The notes below the pieces were generated by a model that was given only the letters and a program-made list of their open reading frames with translations, was not told the origin of the DNA and ran no database searches. Positions 33,704 through 41,047 of a DNA stretch of 41,047 nt are shown here, piece by piece. Each line of letters begins with the position of its first letter. Position 1 is the first letter of the stretch. Location: assembly GCF_006345805.1 (NCBI RefSeq), contig NW_021836813.1, positions 1 to 41,047 of the forward strand, read 5' to 3'. The DNA comes from Octopus sinensis. Lineage: Eukaryota. A program made the translations under genes and the position numbers.

Positions 33704-33869
33704 TCGCACACATACGCATACATACATGTTTCTCTCTCTCTCTCTCTATATATATATATTATGTTTTCCAGTTTCAGCTCTTGAGCTGTGGCCATGCTGG
33801 GGCACCGCCATTTCTTTTTTTTCTTCTTTTTTTTTTAAGGAGTTGAAGGGTCTCTTCTCTATTGGTGCG

Positions 33870-34061
33870 TCTCTCAGTGACCTTCTTTCCAAACCAATTC
33901 CATGATATGCTAGTTAACCCATAGCTGGAACCCTTACAGGTGCTACTACTCCGGGCCAGAGTAGACTTGGGAACAATAGTGGCTAAGAGGTGGTTCCACA
34001 CTCCTCAAAACCTTGAACCAGGGCTCCAGTACCGGATACAGTTTACAGTCATACCCAGGAC
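33870..34061 (+). mobile_element. Probable retroposon 3' fragment
   Basis: acccttacaggtgctactactccgggccagagtagacttggg...cagtttacagtcatacccaggac. Recognised from memory as a common dispersed repeat; not verified. Confidence 0.4.
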
Positions 34062-34084
34062 TATATATATATATATATATATTA

Positions 34085-34325
34085 TCTGTTATCTGTTACT
34101 CATTTCACTCACTGAACTGCGTCCATGCAGCGACACTGTCCTGGAAAGTTTAGTTTAATGAAACGACCGCAATATAATTTTTTTTCTTCATCTAAAACTG
34201 GCACTTAATGCGTCGGCCGCTTTTTGCTTAACAGACCGGTTTTCCAAAAGAGATAAATGACGGGGACGTAAACAAACCAAAAGAGGTTGTCAAGCGGTTG
34301 TGGGAGACACAAAAATATAATGACA
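34085..34325 (-). mobile_element. Old SINE S2, 3' part
   Basis: gacggggacgtaaacaaaccaaaagaggttgtcaagcg is the reverse complement of the S2 body. Confidence 0.6.
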
Positions 34326-34516
34326 CATACACGCACACGCTCATTCACACACACATACACTCACACATACACAAACAGACAGGCACACAAGCATAAGTAC
34401 TCGATTGTGTATAGATTTAGAAATAGATTTAAAAATATGTATATGCATATATGTATGTGTGTATATATATGTATATATATATATATATATAATATATCTT
34501 ATATATATATATAATA

Positions 34517-34551
<35 letters not shown>

Positions 34552-34621
34552 AATATATATATGGCAAACAGATTATAAAAATCACACACACACACACGCA
34601 ACACATCTATATATATATATA

Positions 34622-34965
34622 CTTTTACTCTTTTACTTGTTTCAGTCATTTGACTGCGGCGATGCCGGATCACCACCTTTAATCGAACAAATCAACCCTA
34701 AGACTTATTCTTTATAAGCCTAGTACTTATTCTATCGATTCTTTTGCCGAACTGCTAAGTTGCGGGGACGTAAATACGCCAACATCGGTTGTCAAACGAT
34801 GGTGGGAGGAGGTACAAATACAGACACACAAACATACATATATATATATAATATACAGCGGGCTTCTTTTAGTTTCTGTCTATCAAATCCACTCACAAGG
34901 CTTTAGTCGGCCCAAGGTTCCACGCAGTGGGACTGAACTCGGAATCATGCGGCTGGGAAACAAGT
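34622..34965 (-). mobile_element. SINE S2, near full length
   Basis: ttttactcttttacttgtttcagtcatttgactgcgg...gccgaactgctaagttgcggggacgtaaa...ccacgcagtgggactgaactcgg. Confidence 0.88.
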
Positions 34966-35019
34966 TTATATACATATATGTATATGAATAAATACACATA
35001 TCCCTTTTCTTAATTTGAA

Positions 35020-35130
35020 TTATTTCAGTTTTTGGAGTGTGGCCATGCTGGTGCACTCCCTTAAGGTTTTTAGTCGAACAAATCGAACCCAGTACATTTT
35101 TTTAAAGATTGGTACTTGCCCTATCGATCA
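35020..35130 (-). mobile_element. SINE S2-related 3' fragment
   Basis: tttcagtttttggagtgtggccatgctggtgcac...tagtcgaacaaatcgaaccc. Confidence 0.6.
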
Positions 35131-35429
35131 AAGACAGACCCACACAAACACACTCACACACAGACACATGCACACACACAGACACATGCACACACACACA
35201 CACACTGTGTGTGTGCATGTCTGTATACGTAAGTGTGTGTTTATGTGTATGTATCTTTACATACACACACACACACTTATTATATATTATATTAGAGGTA
35301 AAATCAAACCCATGGCAGAATGATTATCTCAAGTCATTTAGAATAGTTAAATTAAATTTAATTATTCTAAATGACTCGAGATACCCGTTCTACCTTGGTT
35401 TTGATTTTTCCTCTAATATAATAAACACG

Positions 35430-35715
35430 TGGAAGCGTAATGGCCCTTTGGTTAGGGCAGCGCACTCGCGATCGTAAGATCGCGGTTTCGATCCTAGACC
35501 GGGCGTTGTGAGTGTTTATTGAGCGAAAATACCTAACTCTCTTCGAGGCTCCGGCAGGGGGTAGTGGCGATCCCTGCTGTACACTTTCGCCACAACTTTC
35601 TCTCATTCTTTCTTCTGTTGGCCTGCTCGGTTAGCCAGCGGGGTGGCGTCATTTGAAAGCTAAAACAATGCGAAGCGCATTGTGACCAGCGATGTGTAAT
35701 AACATCTGATAGCCT
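35430..35715 (+). mobile_element. tRNA-derived SINE family S3, full length (tail variant 2)
   Basis: Head ggaagcgtaatggccctttggttagggcagcgcactcgcgatcgtaagatcgcggtttcgatcctagacc has A- and B-box-like motifs. Body is shared with 31480-31527. Confidence 0.8.
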
Positions 35716-35898
35716 ATGTGTGAGTGGGGGGGGGCTTAAAGATATACGTACAACTTTTCCTATGAGCATGTAAACGTGTGTCTAAACGTTTATATATATT
35801 AACTTATATTTTTGCAAATTTGTGTGAAAACAAGTTTTAAGTTCTTTCTTGTTTTTTCCATCTCCTAAATATACATTTTACTTCGCGCTTTATATCAG

Positions 35899-36293
35899 AC
35901 TAGCAGTATCGCCCGGCGTTGCTCGGGTTTGTAAGGGAAATAACTATATAAGCATTTTTTTTTAGATGTAAAGTATAATAGCCATCTCAATATGGCTAAC
36001 CACAAAAGGAGGGTGTTACTGTAGCTTTTTATGTTCTGAGATTTAATAATACATTTTTAGAGAGTTACTTCCCTTATATATGCCAAAAATGCATTAAAAA
36101 TGGGAAAAATTGATGGTAATTTTTTTTTAATCGTATACTCATCGTAAACGCGCGCTAATACCCAGAAGGGCTCGATATGAATCACGACTATAAGATACCC
36201 GGTTTTGGTTAAACTGCACCGCAAAATGTGGGAGTAGTTAGGAATCTAAATCGTAGGAGACAGACGCACAACCTCTCTTTTATATATAAAGAT
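35899..36293 (+). mobile_element. Non-autonomous rolling-circle element (Lep1/HINE-like Helitron derivative)
   Basis: Starts ACTAGCAGTATCGCCCGGCGTTGCTCGGG (5' ACTAG plus short CCCG..CGGG hairpin) and ends cttttatatataaagat, the typical termini of such elements. Confidence 0.6.
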
Positions 36294-36535
36294 GTGAGTG
36301 TTTGTGCGTTTACGTGTGAGTGCAGGTCACTCGTACGTCTATGAGTCCTTGCAAATGAATATACACATATATGAATACATTACATGCACACATGCATATG
36401 TGTAATATATATACGATATATGTATATTATATATGTATTTTATATTTATATATACTATATATCGAATGTGCGTGTGTCTGTGTGTATACATACATATAAG
36501 CATTCATTATATGCATATATATATATATGTATATG

Positions 36536-36583
<48 letters not shown>

Positions 36584-36680
36584 ATAAATATATGTGCATT
36601 TATATATATGCATGTGTGTGGTGTGGTATATATATATACACATACATACATAATACATACAACATACATACATACATACA

Positions 36681-36713
<33 letters not shown>

Positions 36714-36932
36714 GTAGATATATATGCATATATATTTATATATACATATCTATCTATCTAAATGTGTGTATACATATGTTCTCAACATACCGATTTGATT
36801 GATGGCCATTATCCTGTGATTAGAATAGTAATGTAATGAAAGGTTAAAAGCGTACACACTCACTCATACATAGCACAGCACACACATATTTATACATACA
36901 TACATACATACATACATACATACATACATACA

Positions 36933-36966
<34 letters not shown>

Positions 36967-37029
36967 CATACATATGTGCGTACGTACATACGTACATACA
37001 TACATATGTATGATATATATATACACATA

Positions 37030-37923
37030 TATAGGTTGAGGTGAATAACTGTTGTCTATATTACGCAAAAATGAAAATAACACTGATATCTCATTTTAAT
37101 AGATATATTTGCAAAAATTACATAAAAATATCTTGAAATACTAAAGAGTAAATTTATTCAGTAAATCGCCATTGGCTTCAACCACGGCATCCAAACGACC
37201 TCAGAATCTCCTGCAACTCTTCTGGACAGTCTCTTTGTTTAAGTTGGTCAATGCTGCCATAATCTTTGCCTTCAATTCATCTTTGGTGTTACAAGGAGTT
37301 TTGTTGGTCTCTAGCTCAACTGTACCGCATACATGATTATCAAGGGAGTTACAGTCTCGGGAGTTAGGTGGCCAGTTATTAGGAGTAATGTGGTAACAGA
37401 AATTGTCTGACAACCATGACTGGGTTCTCCTGCATGGTGCAGAATCCTGTTGCCAGACCCAGGGTCTTCCAGCAGCCACCCTCTTGAACAAGGGCAGCAA
37501 CACCTCATCCAGGCACTTGATGTAGGCCTCCGTGTTGCGTGTGAGAACGTGTGGGAAAATGAATGAGACATAACGTCACCATCTCCTTGTGGGTAATATA
37601 GGATCAGCATAACGTCGCCATCACTTATGATATTGACTAGATGTTTGTTTCTTATCACTCTCGGTTCATGCACTGTTCTCAGTGCATGTACACCTAAACA
37701 CTCTGAAATGTTAGTATTAGAGCACCCGGCGCCAATGCCAAGCAGTACAGCATGGCACTTCCAAATTTCTAGCAGAGTGAATTGCATCATAGTGCTGCTT
37801 TTCTCACAGACGGTGCCCAACTGACCCTACTATACTGTGTAGTCGACAAAATCAAAAACAAGGAATGCGCATGAGGGAAATTTAAATTTTAAGATAGCGA
37901 CAATTTACCCATCGCATATTGTA
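37030..37923 (-). mobile_element. Tc1/mariner (maT/DD37D-like) transposon, internally deleted
   Basis: ORF 37201-37503: WVWQQDSAPC...WPPNSRDCNSLDNHVCGTVE...NTKDELKAKI. N-terminus MQFTLLEIWKCHAVLLGIGAGCSNTNISECLGV (37311-37820). Degenerate TIR similarity taaattgtcgctatctta versus taactgttgtctatatta. Confidence 0.8.
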
Positions 37924-38460
<537 letters not shown>

Positions 38461-39027
38461 CTAGAACAGTGTACGTGTATACGCACATATACAATTATGT
38501 TGTCTAATTACGTTGTGTGTCTGTAAGAGTACCGACATGAATTATCTATTTGTAAATACATTAATTAAACTTGCTACCAGAGCAGAAACATCTTTTGGTC
38601 TTTGTGAGGGTGTGTACGGAAAAAATAGCTTGAACTGTTTGACCTTCTCTGGACTTGACTGTGAACCGAGGATGCAGCTCGGTTAACAAGTAGAAATAGT
38701 AGCCAAATGATTTTCAATTTAAGCGTACTCGCTGACAAAAAGTGAAGAACACTACATTCAGAATAGTGTGTCTGCCTTAGATTTCATACAGTATTTGGTC
38801 AGTCAGTCATCCCATGAAAAATATACTTGTTATAGATATATATATATTTCTCTTTGTATCTTGGGAGGGTCGTTACGCCAATAAAAATTACACTCGTATT
38901 GGTTCAATATCAGTTGTTTAGTATTAATCAATTGATTAAATATCTAACCAACTACCTAATCGATCATTTAGCGACTTTTTCAGTGACTCTCTCTCTCTCT
39001 CTCTCCCCAAGGTCTGCTTTGATACAT

Positions 39028-39098
<71 letters not shown>

Positions 39099-39370
39099 TA
39101 TATATATATATATATACACATATATAAAACCACACGCACAGTGTGTTCAAAAAGTCTCTCCGTAGTAAATCTTTTTCAAAAAATTGTATTTCAAAACATG
39201 TGTAGACGAGTCAACTTTTGTATTGAAAATGAAGGACGACACTTTCACCACCTCTTATAAAGTTTTTTCAAGTCTTGTAAAGTCTGATATATTCTTTTGT
39301 AGTCTTATACCATCTTACAAATATTTTTTTGTGATAAAAAAAATTACTGTGGAGAGACTTTTTGAACACC

Positions 39371-39404
<34 letters not shown>

Positions 39405-39699
39405 TTATATATAGTGATTTTGAATTCTCAAATGTAGGATAAAGCTAATAATATAGCCTGAACAGGCTACGTTATATAGTATTATATAGCTATATTTATA
39501 GCATTATATAGGCTATATTATTAGTATTATCCTGCGTTTGAGAATTTAAATTCAGTTCTTTGGCTTTCTAGGACATCTTAGCGCTTCGTTTGTTTGTTTA
39601 CGTTCATCGAAATTTGAATTTATATATATGTATATATATATATAAATCTTGGGTTTCAACCATGCAGCTGCTGTCATGCTGGTGTGCTAACGTTACTTG

Positions 39700-40580
39700 C
39701 CACAACCTCCTTCTTTTGCGGTTGAGTTCTACTGGGTGAGGGGATTTCATGTCTTCATTCATGCATGTGCTTTTTTATCTGGTTGCTGACTCATTTGGTG
39801 TATGAGGGAGTCTGACACTGCCGCCCTCGTGTATATCTCGTGCGGGAACATTCGTTCCTCTGATATTGTGCATAGGAGAATGTCTAGTTCCTTTTGAAGA
39901 CATGCTCATCTACATCGTCTAGGTTTCCTAATTCTTTTGGCTAGGTATAAGGAACTATGGGCATTTGAACTATAATCTATTGCAGTAACTGATCCTTGTG
40001 GGCGCAGTGGACAGTGCTTTTGGTACTCTTCAGTAATGACCAATACGGACATTTGTATAACTCTTGATGCCAAAGTTATTCACTAGCCCTTCTAGAGTTT
40101 TCCACGTGAGAGCAAACTAATAGTCTTTTCAGCTTCTCTCAGGAGTCTACTGAACTGTGACAATCTTTTAGTGATCGCTTTTAGTGATCGTGGGATCGCT
40201 TCTTGCACTATTGTTGGTCTGACTGTATGCGGTGACCACAAATGAGTTACCTAGGCATCTAAGAACAAAGGTCTGTCTTAGCATCAACATGATTTCTTGG
40301 TCCCTTGTCCTGAAGGACATTAGTATCCATCTAACCAATTACCTACACTTTGTTGCCATCTTGGTAACTTGCACATAAAATGTTGCAGCATTACACATAC
40401 TGATACCCAAGTCTCTCTCTGTCTGTGACTCTAGGGTTGTAATGCTTCGTGTCCTGCCTATGGAGGCTATGATACATTTGTGAGCTGATAGCACAGTTCT
40501 TGAAATTTTGCAACATTAAACTGCATTTTATTTTCTTCTGCCCACTTCTGTTCTGTATTTAGGTCCCGCTGCAAGCTAGC
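39700..40580 (-). mobile_element. CR1/L2-group LINE, 3' part of ORF2 (decayed)
   Basis: Minus strand: LQRDLNTEQKWAEENKMQFNVAKFQEL...SFRTRDQEIML...LEGLVNNFGIKSYTNVRIGHY; homologous to 720-1160. Confidence 0.78.
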
Positions 40581-40619
40581 AACATCGTCAGTGTTCTTTG
40601 TTGCCTGTTATTTGTATCG

Positions 40620-40790
40620 TCAGCGTAATAAAATATTTGTTTAAATCGTTACATAATACGATATCACGTAATATAATAAAATATGTTGTAATATAATATA
40701 TAACATAATATAATGAAATGTAATATGATATAATATAATATAACATAATGAAATATGATATAATGTGACATAATATAATATAATGCGACA
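40620..40790. repeat. Degenerate (ATAAT)n pentanucleotide array
   Basis: Directly visible. Confidence 0.85.
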
Positions 40791-40796
40791 TTGTGT

Positions 40797-41047
40797 GTGA
40801 CCCCCTTCGGTCATGAATGACCATGGGATTGCACCTAGAAAGTTACCCTCCGAGGCTCAAATCTGGGCAAGGTTGTTTATGGAAGACCAGCAGTCACCCA
40901 TGCATACCAGCCTTCCCTCTCCACACCACCGATGTTATCCAAGAGAAAGACAAAGGCCGATACAGTTTAGCACCAGTGACTTCGCAGCTCATTAATCAAC
41001 GTGCAAGTGGCTGAGCACTCCACAGACACGTGTACCCTTACGTAGTT
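40797..41047 (-). mobile_element. SINE family S4, 3' part (runs off the window)
   Basis: gacccccttcggtcatgaatgaccatgggattgcacctagaaagttaccctccgagg...ggttgtttatggaagaccagcagtc. Recognised from memory as an octopus-type SINE body; not verified. Confidence 0.65.

Noticed and set aside
35430-35510. Possible tRNA gene (also the SINE heads at 14139 and 7600-7680)
   Set aside because: A/B boxes are present, but no clean cloverleaf is evident and each continues into a SINE body; these are tRNA-derived SINE heads.

Overview
AT-rich eukaryotic genomic DNA saturated with microsatellites. The SINE types and repeat style suggest an octopus/cephalopod genome (inference, not verified). No intact host protein-coding gene is evident, and almost all ORFs in the supplied track are microsatellite artefacts or decayed transposon fragments. 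The window is a dense patchwork of transposable-element relics: a near full-length but frameshifted Penelope-like element (PLE; RT + GIY-YIG, about 9.3-13.55 kb, minus strand, with inverted terminal repeats), two more PLE coding remnants of a different type (22.5-23.8 kb, 25 kb), CR1/L2-group LINE fragments, a hAT transposon with an 8-bp TSD and a nested LINE (16.26-20.14 kb), an internally deleted Tc1/mariner (maT-like) element, a non-autonomous Helitron-type element and at least four tRNA-SINE families. The most interesting signals are: (1) hammerhead-ribozyme motifs, namely a minimal one at 9141-9173 and a three-copy family with a long, structured stem II (500-590, 624-706, 27301-27391) whose intact core appears only in the consensus; (2) a 207-bp near-perfect hairpin at 32.8 kb; (3) a 135-bp inverted duplication hidden in low-complexity DNA at 28.9-29.6 kb; (4) a CpG/CRE/YY1-rich promoter-like island at 26.5-26.9 kb. 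All family assignments come from motif recognition by eye, not database searches.
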